NCBI GenBank assembly: GCA_965206405.1
Contig: CBDBJQ010000006.1
Coordinates: 857,764 to 921,763 of the forward strand
DNA length: 64,000 nt
From: Alphaproteobacteria bacterium
Lineage (GTDB): Bacteria; Pseudomonadota; Alphaproteobacteria; UBA8366
Reading direction: 5' to 3'
In this document: positions 34,936 through 45,042 of the stretch, in pieces
Position numbering within the stretch: position 1 is the stretch's first letter
How the letters are laid out: every line of letters begins with the position of its first letter
Position numbers and translations under genes: made by a program
The notes under the pieces: generated by a model
What the model was told of the DNA's origin: nothing
The model's input: the letters and a program-made list of their open reading frames with translations, nothing else
Database searches by the model: none

Positions 34936-36468
34936 ATGAAGGATATTGCGCGTCAACTTCAGGAAAGGCGGGAGCAGGCACATCTCGGCGGCGGCAAACG
35001 CCGGATCGAGGCCCAGCACGCCAAGGGCAAGCTGACCGCGCGCGAGCGCCTCGATGTACTGCTCGACGAAGGATCCTTCGAGGAATGGGATGTGTTTGTC
35101 GAACACGGATCCAGCGATTTCGGGATGGAGAAGCAAAAAATCCCCGGCGACGGGGTGGTTACCGGCTACGGCACCATTTCCGGGCGCCTGGTCTTCATAT
35201 TCAGCCAGGACTTCACCGTGTTCGGTGGCTCTCTTTCAGCCGCTCACGCCCGCAAAATCGTCAAGGTCATGGAACAGGCAATGAAGGTCGGCGCGCCGGT
35301 GATCGGTCTCAACGATTCCGGCGGCGCACGTATCCAGGAAGGGGTTGCCTCTCTCGCCGGCTATGCCGAGGTGTTCCAGCTTAATGTCCTGGCCTCCGGC
35401 GTGATACCGCAGATTTCGCTGATTATGGGTCCCTGTGCCGGCGGCGCCGTCTATTCACCGGCGATGACCGATTTCATCTTCATGGTGCGGGATTCCTCCT
35501 ACATGTTCGTCACCGGTCCGGATGTGGTCAGGACAGTGACCCACGAGGATGTGACCCATGAGGAACTCGGCGGTGCGAGTACCCATTCGACGGTCTCGGG
35601 TGTCGCCGACAACGCTTTCGAGAACGATGTCGAGGCTCTGTTGCAGGTACGTGCATTCATGACGTATCTGCCGGCGTCCAACAGAGAGGCGCCGCCGGTG
35701 CGACCGACCGACGATCCGATATCGCGGCAGGAAGCCTCGCTCGACACCCTGATTCCGGCAAATCCGAATGAGCCTTATGACATCAAGGAATTGATCGGGG
35801 CTGTCGTCGACGAGGGTGCGTTCTTCGAGATTCAGCCGGACTATGCGGCTAACATCATTATTGGTTTCGCCCATATGGATGGCCGCCCGGTTGGAATCGT
35901 TGCCAATCAGCCGATGGTCCTGGCTGGATGCCTCGATATCAATTCTTCGCGAAAAGCCGGACGGTTTGTTCGCTTCTGCGACTGTTTCAACATTCCGATC
36001 CTGACCTTTGTCGATGTGCCGGGGTTCCTTCCCGGTACCGATCAGGAGTACAACGGCATTATCAAGCAGGGTGCCAAGCTGCTCTTCGCTTATGCCGAGG
36101 CGACGGTGCCGAAGATAACGGTCATTACCCGCAAGGCCTATGGCGGCGCCTATGACGTGATGAGCTCGAAGCACCTTCGGGGCGACGTCAATTACGCCTG
36201 GCCGACGGCGGAGATCGCGGTGATGGGACCGAAGGGCGCCGTGGAGATCATTTTCCGCGAGGATATCGGTGACGAGGAGAAGATCGCCCGCCGCATCGAG
36301 GAATACCGCACTCAGTTTGCCAATCCCTTCGTCGCTGGAGGCCTCGGCTTCATCGATGATGTCATCATGCCGCGAGCGACCCGCCAGAAAATATGCAGCG
36401 CGCTGCAGATGCTGGATGGCAAAGAACTCGAAAATCCATGGAAAAAACACGACAACATTCCCCTGTAG
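34936..36468 (+). CDS. pccB: Propionyl-CoA carboxylase beta chain (carboxyltransferase)
   Basis: 510 aa: ...[22 protein letters not shown]...[20 protein letters not shown]...[13 protein letters not shown]...[17 protein letters not shown]. Confidence 0.93.
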   Translation: MKDIARQLQERREQAHLGGGKRRIEAQHAKGKLTARERLDVLLDEGSFEEWDVFVEHGSSDFGMEKQKIPGDGVVTGYGTISGRLVFIFSQDFTVFGGSLSAAHARKIVKVMEQAMKVGAPVIGLNDSGGARIQEGVASLAGYAEVFQLNVLASGVIPQISLIMGPCAGGAVYSPAMTDFIFMVRDSSYMFVTGPDVVRTVTHEDVTHEELGGASTHSTVSGVADNAFENDVEALLQVRAFMTYLPASNREAPPVRPTDDPISRQEASLDTLIPANPNEPYDIKELIGAVVDEGAFFEIQPDYAANIIIGFAHMDGRPVGIVANQPMVLAGCLDINSSRKAGRFVRFCDCFNIPILTFVDVPGFLPGTDQEYNGIIKQGAKLLFAYAEATVPKITVITRKAYGGAYDVMSSKHLRGDVNYAWPTAEIAVMGPKGAVEIIFREDIGDEEKIARRIEEYRTQFANPFVAGGLGFIDDVIMPRATRQKICSALQMLDGKELENPWKKHDNIPL

Positions 36469-36689
36469 GGAAATCCGGAGGGGAGCCGGGAGAGGAGCCC
36501 GGACGGCGCCGTTTCAGGATTTTTGCCTGGCATCTGGGCGGTTATTTCCTCGTCGTGGGCGCGTCCGTGCTTCTCAACCTGGCGACTGGGCGCGAGACGC
36601 CCTGGTTCCTGATCCTCATGCTTGGATGGGGGCTTCCGCTCGCGCTTCATGCCGCCTGGGTGATGGGGCTGATCGGCCGGCGGCGCTGA
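36438..36689 (+). CDS. Small 2TM-domain membrane protein
   Basis: 83 aa from the only available in-frame start (ATG 36438, overlapping the pccB end by 31 nt): [61 protein letters not shown], two hydrophobic spans flanked by Arg. No clear SD. Confidence 0.5.
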   Translation: MEKTRQHSPVGKSGGEPGEEPGRRRFRIFAWHLGGYFLVVGASVLLNLATGRETPWFLILMLGWGLPLALHAAWVMGLIGRRR

Positions 36690-36812
36690 GATTGATCCTC
36701 CCGAATTTCAATCCTCCCGGGCCCGCATCCGGCTTGCCCGATGCGCTGTTTGCTGGTGTGATGACGGCCCCGTATCCGTGGCTCGAATGGCCCGAATATC
36801 CCGACAGCTCCG

Positions 36813-37868
36813 ATGACAATGACGATGGCAATGATTGATCTCTATAGCGATACCCAAACCAAACCCACCCCGGCCATGCGCCAAATAATGGCCGAAGCCA
36901 AGGTTGGCGACGAGCAGCAGGGGACCGATCCCACGGTAAACCTTCTCTGCGAGAAGGCGGCCGTGCTGCTTGGCAAGGAGCGGGCGGTGTTCATGCCTTC
37001 GGGAACGATGTGCAACCAGATCTCGGTTGCCGTCCATTGCCGACCGGGCGACGAGGTGATCGCCGATGCGAGCGCCCATGTCGTCAACACCGAAGGCGGC
37101 GGGCTTGCGGTGTTCGCTGGCTCCCTGGCACGGGTCATCGACGGCGATCGCGGTGTCTACAGCGCCGATGCGCTGGCCGCCGCAATCCGCATGCCACGGC
37201 GCCATGCGCCACGGTCACGACTGGTCGTGGTCGAGCAAACTTCGAATGCTGGCGGCGGCACCATTTGGCCGCTGGAAGCGATCAACGCGGTCGCCAAAAC
37301 GGCCCGCGAACACGACCTTCTTCTGCATATGGACGGTGCGCGGTTGATGAACGCGGTAGTTGCCACCGGTGTATCAGCAGCAGAGTTCGCGGCGCCGTTT
37401 GATTCGGTCTGGCTGGATTTCAGCAAGGGACTCGGCTGTCCCGTCGGCGCGATCCTTGCCGGCAGCAACGAATTTATCCATGAAGCCTGGCAGTGGAAAC
37501 AGCGCATGGGGGGCGCCATGCGCCAGGCCGGCATCATAGCTGCTGCCGGCATCCACGCGCTTGACGAGATGGTCGATCGTCTAGCCGAAGACCACGAAAA
37601 CGCCCGCTGGTTTGCCGAGGCGCTTGGCAACATACCGGGAATTCGCGTCGAGGAGGGAGTTGACACCAATATGGTGTTTTTCAATATCGAGGGAACTGGC
37701 GTTACCGCAGAGGATTTCTCCAGCCGCTTGATCGAGGGGCACGGTATCCGCATCGGCGCTAATGACCGCTTCAGGATGAGGGCCGTTACGCATCATGACG
37801 TTGCGCGCAACGATCTTGAGCAGGCCGCCGCCGCGGTGCGTGAGGTCGCGCACGCCGTGGCCGCCTAA
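36813..37868 (+). CDS. ltaE: Low-specificity L-threonine aldolase (PLP-dependent, beta-eliminating lyase fold)
   Basis: 351 aa: IDLYSDTQTKPTPAMRQIMAEAKVGDEQQGTDPTVNLL...FMPSGTMCNQISV...LHMDGARLMNA...DSVWLDFSKGLG (Lys in SKG). The start could instead be ATG 36831. Confidence 0.8.
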   Translation: MTMTMAMIDLYSDTQTKPTPAMRQIMAEAKVGDEQQGTDPTVNLLCEKAAVLLGKERAVFMPSGTMCNQISVAVHCRPGDEVIADASAHVVNTEGGGLAVFAGSLARVIDGDRGVYSADALAAAIRMPRRHAPRSRLVVVEQTSNAGGGTIWPLEAINAVAKTAREHDLLLHMDGARLMNAVVATGVSAAEFAAPFDSVWLDFSKGLGCPVGAILAGSNEFIHEAWQWKQRMGGAMRQAGIIAAAGIHALDEMVDRLAEDHENARWFAEALGNIPGIRVEEGVDTNMVFFNIEGTGVTAEDFSSRLIEGHGIRIGANDRFRMRAVTHHDVARNDLEQAAAAVREVAHAVAA

Positions 37869-37904
37869 CTGACCGGATTTCCGGTCCAGAGAAGAGAGAT
37901 TGGT

Positions 37905-39896
37905 GTGTTTCGCAGGATCGCGATTGCCAATCGCGGCGAAATCGCCTGCCGCGTTATCCGCACGGCCCGGCGCCTCGGTATTGCAACGCTGGCCGTTTAT
38001 TCCGAGGCCGACGAACAGGCCAAGCACGTCGAAATGGCGGACGATGCGGTATGCATCGGCCCCGCGCCCTCGGCTGAAAGCTATCTGGCGATTGATCGGA
38101 TCGTCGAGGCGGTAAAGGCAGCCGAGGCTGACGCGGTCCATCCCGGTTATGGTTTCTTGTCCGAAAACGCCGCTTTTTCGGACGCTCTCGCCGCTGCCGG
38201 CATTGTCTTTATCGGCCCTCCCTCGACGGCAATTGCCGCCATGGGCGACAAGATCGAATCGAAGAAACTGTCGAAGGAAGCCGGGGTCAACACTATTCCG
38301 GGGCATCCCGATGCGGTCGCCGATGCCAAGGAGGCGGGCAAGATCGCCGACAAGGTCGGTTTTCCGGTGATGATCAAGGCGTCCGCCGGCGGTGGCGGAA
38401 AAGGCATGCGGATTGCCCGTAGCGCGAAAGAGGTGAGCGAGGGTTTTACCTCGGCGGCCAGCGAGGCTCAAACGAGCTTTGGCGATGACCGGGTCTTCAT
38501 CGAGAAGTTCATTGAAGAGCCACGGCATATCGAGATCCAGATTCTTGCTGACCAGCATGGCAACGTCGTTCATCTCGGCGAGCGCGAATGCTCGATCCAG
38601 CGCCGCCACCAGAAGGTGGTCGAGGAGGCGCCATCGCCTTTTGTCAATGACGAATTGCGCAAGGAAATGGGTGCACAGGCAGTCCGGCTGGCCCGCGCGG
38701 TCGCCTACCAGTCCGCGGGGACCGTGGAATTCATCGTCGACCGGGATCGTAATTTCTATTTTCTTGAGATGAACACGCGCCTGCAGGTCGAACACCCGGT
38801 GACCGAATGTGTGACCGGGCTCGACCTGGTTGAGCAAATGATCCGGATCGCGGCCGGGGAGCCCCTCGGTTTCGGCCAGAATGACATCACCCTCGATGGC
38901 TGGGCCGTCGAGACGCGTATCTATGCCGAGGATCCGCTCAGGAACTTCATGCCCTCGACGGGCCGGTTGTCCAGTTTCCAGCCGCCGAAGGAGAATGACG
39001 GGGTGAGAATCGACGCCGGTGTGGCCGAGGGTGGGCAGGTTTCGATGTTCTACGACCCGATGATCGCCAAGATGATCACCTCCGGGGCGTCACGCGAAGA
39101 GGCGGTGGACGGAATGCGTGCGGCGCTGGACGCCTTCAGGATCAGGGGCGTGGAGAACAACATTGCGTTTCTTGCCGCAATTGTGAGGCATCCGCTGTTC
39201 GTGGCCGGAGACCTCACCACCGATTTTATCGACCAGGCCTTTCCCGGAGGATTTTCCGAGGCCTTTCTCGAACCCGGCGACTGGGAGCTGTTCGCCGCTA
39301 TTGCCGCCGTGATCGACCGGCTCGTTCGGCTTCGCAACACCACGGGGCATAGTCACTGCATCGCGTTCTTTGGTGCTGACGACAGGGATGGTGTCGCACT
39401 GGCGGTCGAGGCGCTTGATGAGGATGTCTGGTCTGTCCAGATCGGCGATGCCGGCGATGCCAAGGGTGCTGGCGGCCGGGCGCTGACATTGCAGATAAAA
39501 TGGCGGCCGGGCGACGGCATTCTCGAGGGTATCGTGGACGGCAATCGGGTAACCATGCAGGTTGACCCGAGCAAGATCGGCTATGTGCTCGGTTGCGGTG
39601 GCCGGCGTGCCGACATCCGGACCGTCGATGCCCATGTTGGGTCGCTGCAGCGGCGGATGCCGGTGAAAGTGGCGCCGGACATGTCCCGCTTCCTTCTCTC
39701 GCCGATGCCGGGCCTGTTGATGCGCGTCGCCGTCGCCGCCGGGGATGCCGTCAAACCCGGCCAGGAACTCGCCGTCGTCGAGGCCATGAAGATGGAGAAC
39801 GTGCTGCGGGCGATACAGGACAGGGTCGTCAAAGAGGTTCATGCAGAAGAGGGTGCCGCTCTCTTCGTCGACCAGAAAATCCTCGAATTCGAGTAG
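37905..39896 (+). CDS. pccA: Propionyl-CoA carboxylase alpha chain (biotin carboxylase plus BCCP domains)
   Basis: 663 aa with a GTG start: MFRRIAIANRGEIACRVIRTA..., ATP-grasp KASAGGGGKGMR, and C-terminal biotinylation motif EAMKMEN. Confidence 0.92.
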   Translation: MFRRIAIANRGEIACRVIRTARRLGIATLAVYSEADEQAKHVEMADDAVCIGPAPSAESYLAIDRIVEAVKAAEADAVHPGYGFLSENAAFSDALAAAGIVFIGPPSTAIAAMGDKIESKKLSKEAGVNTIPGHPDAVADAKEAGKIADKVGFPVMIKASAGGGGKGMRIARSAKEVSEGFTSAASEAQTSFGDDRVFIEKFIEEPRHIEIQILADQHGNVVHLGERECSIQRRHQKVVEEAPSPFVNDELRKEMGAQAVRLARAVAYQSAGTVEFIVDRDRNFYFLEMNTRLQVEHPVTECVTGLDLVEQMIRIAAGEPLGFGQNDITLDGWAVETRIYAEDPLRNFMPSTGRLSSFQPPKENDGVRIDAGVAEGGQVSMFYDPMIAKMITSGASREEAVDGMRAALDAFRIRGVENNIAFLAAIVRHPLFVAGDLTTDFIDQAFPGGFSEAFLEPGDWELFAAIAAVIDRLVRLRNTTGHSHCIAFFGADDRDGVALAVEALDEDVWSVQIGDAGDAKGAGGRALTLQIKWRPGDGILEGIVDGNRVTMQVDPSKIGYVLGCGGRRADIRTVDAHVGSLQRRMPVKVAPDMSRFLLSPMPGLLMRVAVAAGDAVKPGQELAVVEAMKMENVLRAIQDRVVKEVHAEEGAALFVDQKILEFE

Positions 39897-39900
39897 GTTT

Positions 39901-40596
39901 TCAGCGCCTGAAGACGTCCTTGAACGCCGCCTTCAGGGCGGCGTCGATGTCTTCGGTTGCGACCGGAAAGCCGAGTTCGGCCAGTGATGTGACGCCGAAT
40001 TCCGGCGCGTTGATCCCGCAGGGATCGATGTTCGCAAAGCGCCCGAGGTCCGGGTCGATGTTGATGGCGATTCCGTGATAGGTCACCCAGCGGCGGATGC
40101 GCACGCCGATCGCCGCGATCTTGTCCTCGCGGCCCTGTCCCCTGTCAATCCAGATGCCAACGCGGCCTTCCCTGCGCATCCCGACGAGATTGAACGCCGC
40201 AAGGGTGCAGATGATCCATTCCTCGAGTCCATGGACGAAGGCGCGCACGTCGCGACCGTGCTGCCCGAGGTCAAGCATGACATAGACAATGCGCTGGCCG
40301 GGTCCGTGATAGGTGAGTTGCCCGCCGCGACCGGTCTGGTAAACGGGAATGTTTTCGCCTGAAGGGATGGCGTCAGGCGGAGTGCTCGCACCGGCGGTGT
40401 AGAGGGGAGGGTGCTCGAGGAGCCAGACGAGCTCAGGGGCCTCTCCGGCAGAAATCTGCGCCACCCGGTCTTCCATTATCCGGACCGCACCGGGATAAGC
40501 GATGGGAGCGCTGTCACACCGCCATTCGAGATTCCGGAGCCCCGGACCCCGAAGAGGTTGGGATCGTTCGCTTATGGCCGAGGGAGCCTGCAACAC
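39901..40596 (-). CDS. lipB: Octanoyltransferase (lipoyl(octanoyl) transferase)
   Basis: About 231 aa from GTG 40596 (TTG 40593 is also possible): ...[11 protein letters not shown]...[21 protein letters not shown]...[22 protein letters not shown]. The 432-aa ORF-track version runs through the tRNA gene and is rejected. Confidence 0.88.
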   Translation of the reverse strand: MLQAPSAISERSQPLRGPGLRNLEWRCDSAPIAYPGAVRIMEDRVAQISAGEAPELVWLLEHPPLYTAGASTPPDAIPSGENIPVYQTGRGGQLTYHGPGQRIVYVMLDLGQHGRDVRAFVHGLEEWIICTLAAFNLVGMRREGRVGIWIDRGQGREDKIAAIGVRIRRWVTYHGIAINIDPDLGRFANIDPCGINAPEFGVTSLAELGFPVATEDIDAALKAAFKDVFRR

Positions 40597-40834
40597 GCCT
40601 GTCCGCTTCTGTTCTACCGTATCGGCCAAGTGTATCGGTATGCCGAATCCGGTCAATTGGTGGACGGGCAAGGAGGCCGGATAAGGGCTGGGTAGAACCG
40701 GCAAGGGGACCGAAAATCTGTGCGGTATCAGGGGTGGGCTGGCCTGGCCCGTTGCCTGTATCGGGTGGGTCTGGTATGTCCCTGCCGTCGGAATGGCGAT
40801 GCTTGCAGGCAAGTCACTGCTGTCAAAGCCAGAT

Positions 40835-40921
40835 GCGGTCGTGGCGGAACTGGTAGACGCGCATGGTTGAGGGCCATGTGGGGGCAACCCCTTGAGAGTT
40901 CGAGTCTCTCCGACCGCACCA
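40835..40921 (+). tRNA. tRNA-Leu (anticodon GAG), long variable arm, CCA encoded
   Basis: Acceptor GCGGTCG/CGACCGC, D-arm TGGCGGAACTGGTAGACGC, anticodon stem CATGG/CCATG with loop TTGAGGG, variable arm GGGGGCAACCCCTT, T-arm AGAGTTCGAGTCTCT, then A-CCA. Confidence 0.93.
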
Positions 40922-41055
40922 AATCCGAACTGAAAACCGACAAAACAGACAATGGTGATCGCAAGGAAGCCTGCGGGGGAACGTTTGGATTCCACTCCGG
41001 CAGCCCGGTCGCTTTTGCCCCGACTGCTTTCACATTCACGAAGCGGGATGCGGCC

Positions 41056-42444
41056 ATGGCACTGAATCCACATATTCAGCCCGGCGGCGACCACAGCGAC
41101 AGCCATGGGCCGCCTTCGGAGGTGTTTGTCGAACGCGTCCTGGGCGCCCTGCAGGACGGGCAAACCGAGGAAACGGCGCGCCTTGTCTCGACATTGCATG
41201 CAGCGGACTTTGCCGACGTCCTCGAGCAGTTGCCCTCGGTATCCCGGGCCGCGCTTGCCGAGGCGTTAGGCGGCGTTCTGGATGCCGAGGTCTACACCCA
41301 TCTCGACGAGGCGGTTCGCGAGGAAATCGTTGCGTATCTCGATGCGGAAGCTCTTGCCGGCGTGGTGTCCGGGCTCGCAAGCGATGATGCCGTCGATTTC
41401 ATTGAAGATCTCGACGAGAGCGAGCGTTGCGAGGTGTTGGATGCGATGCCGGCCGAGAGCCGCATCCTGCTCGAGGACAGCCTGCGCTATCCCGAGGACA
41501 GCGCCGGCCGGCTTATGCGGCGCGAATCGGTCATTATTCCCTCATTCTGGAATGTCGGTCGGATCATCGACTACCTGCGCTCGGAGACGGGGGCACCGCG
41601 GGATTTTCACCTGATCGTCGTTGTCGGCCCGACCAGCCATCCGCTTGGCACGGTGCAGCTGAGCCGTCTGCTCCAGGCGCGGCGGGAAGTCGATGTGACC
41701 GAGATCATGGAGAGCGAGCTGCGGAAGATTCCCGTGTCGATGGACCAGGAAGAGGTTGCGTTCCTGTTTCGCCACTACGGCCTGGTTTCCGCTCCGGTGG
41801 TCGATGACACTGGCCGGATGCTCGGGGTGATTGATATCGACGATGTCCTGCATGTGATGGATGAGGAGGCCGAGGACGACCTTCTCAAGCTCGGTGGGGT
41901 GCGCGAGGACGATTTCTATGAAGCCGTTGTGGACACGACGCGGTCGCGATTCTCCTGGCTTCTGATCAATCTCATGACAGCGCTGGCGGCTTCGGTGGTG
42001 ATCGGGTTTTTTGATGCGGCGATCGAGCAGGTTGTTGCCCTGGCGGTGCTGATGCCGGTGGTGGCGTCGATGGGCGGTAACGCCGGGACCCAGACGTTGA
42101 CGGTTGCGGTGCGGGCACTGGCGGTCAGGGAACTCACCCCTGCCAATATGTCCAGAATCATTGGCAAGGAAGTGATTGTTGGCGGCATCAACGGGATTCT
42201 GTTCGCCATGGCCGCTGGAATCGTTGCCTGGGTCTGGTTTGGGAGTCTGGAAATCGGCGGCGTGATTGGGGCGGCGATGATCCTAAACCTCGTCGTGGCG
42301 GGGTTCGCCGGCGTCATGATTCCACTGATTCTCGACCGGATGGATATCGACCCGGCCGTCGCATCGACCGTCATTCTGACGACGGTGACCGATATCGTCG
42401 GATTCCTCGTCTTTCTTGGCCTCGGCGCGATGATCCTGATTTAG
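41056..42444 (+). CDS. mgtE: Magnesium transporter MgtE
   Basis: 462 aa from ATG 41056. N-domain, CBS pair (...[48 protein letters not shown]...) and TM domain ([15 protein letters not shown]...TVTDIVGF). The ORF-track start at 40720 crosses the tRNA and is rejected. Confidence 0.92.
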   Translation: MALNPHIQPGGDHSDSHGPPSEVFVERVLGALQDGQTEETARLVSTLHAADFADVLEQLPSVSRAALAEALGGVLDAEVYTHLDEAVREEIVAYLDAEALAGVVSGLASDDAVDFIEDLDESERCEVLDAMPAESRILLEDSLRYPEDSAGRLMRRESVIIPSFWNVGRIIDYLRSETGAPRDFHLIVVVGPTSHPLGTVQLSRLLQARREVDVTEIMESELRKIPVSMDQEEVAFLFRHYGLVSAPVVDDTGRMLGVIDIDDVLHVMDEEAEDDLLKLGGVREDDFYEAVVDTTRSRFSWLLINLMTALAASVVIGFFDAAIEQVVALAVLMPVVASMGGNAGTQTLTVAVRALAVRELTPANMSRIIGKEVIVGGINGILFAMAAGIVAWVWFGSLEIGGVIGAAMILNLVVAGFAGVMIPLILDRMDIDPAVASTVILTTVTDIVGFLVFLGLGAMILI

Positions 42445-43937
42445 GCTTGCCCCTCGCGTTCGCTCCAGCCGCGCTCGAGATAGTGTCGCCCCCCGAATTT
42501 GGTGCGGGACAGGAACGATCGATGGCCGGCAGCCCCCTTGGCATCGGCGATGATCGTTTTTGGCTCCGGCGGGATGGAGGAGGGCGCCGTGTCAGGGAAG
42601 GCCTCGGCGAGGACGCGGCCCTGTATGTGGTCCGGTACGGCGATACCCATCAGGTGCAACGCGGTTGGCAGGATATCGACAACGCCACAGGGCAGTGGCG
42701 ATTCGAAACCCTGGTGTGCCGCCGGCGCCGACAGGGCGAGCCAGGAGGACAGCTCCCGATGGTGTAGCCCGCCATGGGTGCCGCCGCCCGTTGGATAGAT
42801 ACCGCTATGCCGGGTTTGCCCCGGCGTGTCGTGGACGCTCGTCTCGTCGTCGGATTTCAGAATCAGCCCGATATCCGGCGCCCGGAGATGATCGAGTTCC
42901 AGGTCCGCATGGCGCAGGGCATTATGGCCGTCGCGCGTGAAGACTGGCCCGCACCAGGCTTGTTCTTGAAGCCAGGCGAGCAATTCGGCGGCCAGCTCGG
43001 AATCGGAACTGGACCCGGACCCGCGCAGATAGAGACCACCGGAGGTGCCCGTGACGGCGCGGATTGCCGCCTCCGGATCATCGGTATCACCGCAGGCAAA
43101 GCCCGCATCGGCGAGTAATGCCGCAACATCAACAGGATCACCCGCGGTGGTTAGCTGCCCGTGATCCGACATAGTGATGATTGCAGGCCTGTCCTCATGT
43201 GCCATGGCATCAAGACGGTCGAGGATGCGCCCGAACTGCCTGTCGGTCTCGCGCATCGCCGCCAGGCTTTCCGGACTCCCGGGCCCGTATGCGTGATAGC
43301 TGTTGTCCGGTTCGCAGAACCACAGGATCGTGGCGTCGGGCCGCCAGCGCGGCTCCAGCCAGTCGAGATAGACGTCCGTTCCATAAGCGAGCCAGGCGAG
43401 TGAGGGTATGGCATGGGGCGGCACCGGCCCGAACCGTTCTGATATCTCGGTATAGGCATCCGCCGGCACCGTGGCGTCCGGCCGGTGCAGAGAGAACCGA
43501 AACCCGCCGATACGCTCGGCCGCATGATGGAGAATACGGGCACCGCCCGGCGTGCCGGTGCTGATCGAAGCAAAACGCTTGTTCTGCGCGGTGAGCATCT
43601 CCCCGATCGTGGGCACGCCGATGAGTTTGCCGCCGAGCCTGTCATCGGCCGCCCGCAGCTGCGATTCATCGCCGGTGTTCAGCAGGCCGTCGGTGGCCTC
43701 TGGGTCGAAAAACTTGTTGCCGACGATGCCATGCCGGCCCGGGTGGCAGCCGGTTATCAGCGAGGTCTGGTTGACCCTGGTTTCGGTTGGATAGGTCGCC
43801 CGGGCATGTGGGAAGGAGGTGCCCAATTCGGCAAAGCGGCACAGGTTCGGCATCAGCTCAGGGGTGACCATGTCCGGGCGCAGGGCGTCGAAGGAGACGA
43901 TGAGAAGGCGGCCGCTGCCGGCTGTGTTTGCAGACAT
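42441..43937 (-). CDS. Alkaline-phosphatase-superfamily enzyme, nucleotide pyrophosphatase/phosphodiesterase (NPP)-like
   Basis: 498 aa from ATG 43937: LLIVSFDALRPD...YPTETRVNQTSLITGCHPGRHGIVGN (metal-ligand Asp and nucleophile Thr contexts) ...MSDHG. No signal peptide is visible. Confidence 0.75.
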   Translation of the reverse strand: MSANTAGSGRLLIVSFDALRPDMVTPELMPNLCRFAELGTSFPHARATYPTETRVNQTSLITGCHPGRHGIVGNKFFDPEATDGLLNTGDESQLRAADDRLGGKLIGVPTIGEMLTAQNKRFASISTGTPGGARILHHAAERIGGFRFSLHRPDATVPADAYTEISERFGPVPPHAIPSLAWLAYGTDVYLDWLEPRWRPDATILWFCEPDNSYHAYGPGSPESLAAMRETDRQFGRILDRLDAMAHEDRPAIITMSDHGQLTTAGDPVDVAALLADAGFACGDTDDPEAAIRAVTGTSGGLYLRGSGSSSDSELAAELLAWLQEQAWCGPVFTRDGHNALRHADLELDHLRAPDIGLILKSDDETSVHDTPGQTRHSGIYPTGGGTHGGLHHRELSSWLALSAPAAHQGFESPLPCGVVDILPTALHLMGIAVPDHIQGRVLAEAFPDTAPSSIPPEPKTIIADAKGAAGHRSFLSRTKFGGRHYLERGWSEREGQA

Positions 43938-43944
43938 TGTCAGG

Positions 43945-44703
43945 TCAATTTTCGAGGGCAGGTTCCACGCCGAAGCTGCGCACCAGTTCGGCCACCTCGT
44001 CGGCAACCTTGTCGAGCACGACCTCGTCGGTGCCGCGCATCACCAGGCTCGTACCGCCGAGACCCTTGCGATAATAGGGGTAGCTTCCGAGATCGACGTC
44101 GGGATAGCGGCCCTGGATGACGCCGAGACCCTCGGCAACGACGCCTTCCCCGATCGAGCATGTCAGGGTCCGGGAGCGGACCGGCATGGCACCCTTCAAG
44201 GTTTCCTTGGCGCTATCGATCATCACCTGGGCGATCTGGGGAACGCCGGCCATGACGTAGACGTTCTCGACCTTGAAGCCGGGTGCAACGGAGATATCGT
44301 TGTCGATCAAATCGGCGCCTTCAGGCGTGTTTGCCATCCGGAGTCGTGCTTTGTTCAGCTCCATGCCGGTCTGTTCGTAGCGTTCGACCATGCGATGATA
44401 GGCCTCGGGATGGCGAATCAGCTTGCGCCCGAAAGCCTTGGCGACGCTTTCGGCGGTGATATCGTCATGGGTCGGTCCGATACCGCCTGTGGTGAAGACG
44501 TAGTCGTATTTGCCGCGAAGCGTGTTCACCGTCTCGACGATGATCTCCTCGACATCGGCGATGACACGTGCCTCGGTGAGGCGAACGCCAACCTCGTTGA
44601 GAGCAGTCGCGATATAGGCGAGATTCGCGTCCTGGGTGCGCCCGGAGAGAATCTCGTTTCCGATAATGATCAGCGCCGCGGTGACGACGGGTTCTTCGCG
44701 CAT
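43945..44703 (-). CDS. CinA-like competence/damage-inducible protein, N-terminal MoCF-type (COG1058) domain only
   Basis: 252 aa from ATG 44703: AALIIIGNEILSGRTQDANLAYIA...YVFTTGGIGPTHDDIT... It ends 7 nt upstream of the NPP-like gene. The 682-aa ORF-track version is rejected. Confidence 0.85.
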   Translation of the reverse strand: MREEPVVTAALIIIGNEILSGRTQDANLAYIATALNEVGVRLTEARVIADVEEIIVETVNTLRGKYDYVFTTGGIGPTHDDITAESVAKAFGRKLIRHPEAYHRMVERYEQTGMELNKARLRMANTPEGADLIDNDISVAPGFKVENVYVMAGVPQIAQVMIDSAKETLKGAMPVRSRTLTCSIGEGVVAEGLGVIQGRYPDVDLGSYPYYRKGLGGTSLVMRGTDEVVLDKVADEVAELVRSFGVEPALEN

Positions 44704-45042
44704 GAAATCTGTCCGGGGGCGGGAGATAGCGGAAAGCATACTCCGCGGGCCCGAGCGGGGAAAGTGCGGCACACTTGCGGACTCCGTGTAATCACGGTGA
44801 ATTCCGGGTGAACCCCAGGTGAATTCCGAGGCTCTGGCGGGTGCTGCAGGGGGCCTGAGGGTATTTCCCAAGCCGGTTCCTTGCGCCTTGTGGGGTGGGC
44901 CACGTTGCATGGCCGAGTCTGTATAATAAACCCCGTTGATGCGAGCCGTCGAGCCGTCGGGGCGAGGCGATATGGCGCAGCGCAGGCGATATGGTTCGGG
45001 TAGTGCGATGATAGGGCGGCAACAGGCTAGGGACTTCGGGAC

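Noticed and set aside
40720-41055. Upstream 112 codons of the 574-aa mgtE ORF, and the upstream 200 codons of the 432-aa lipB ORF (40597-41199).
   Set aside because: Both extensions run straight through the tRNA-Leu gene and have non-protein-like sequence. Conserved MgtE and LipB sequence begins only at 41056 and about 40596 respectively.
40922-41055. Possible Mg2+ (M-box) riboswitch between tRNA-Leu and mgtE.
   Set aside because: The spacer is only 134 nt, shorter than an M-box aptamer plus expression platform, and I saw no recognisable conserved M-box helices.
40597-41055. tRNA-Leu as a possible integration hotspot or genomic-island boundary.
   Set aside because: No integrase, no direct repeat of the tRNA 3' end and no accessory genes follow it. 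The flanking genes (lipB, mgtE) are housekeeping.
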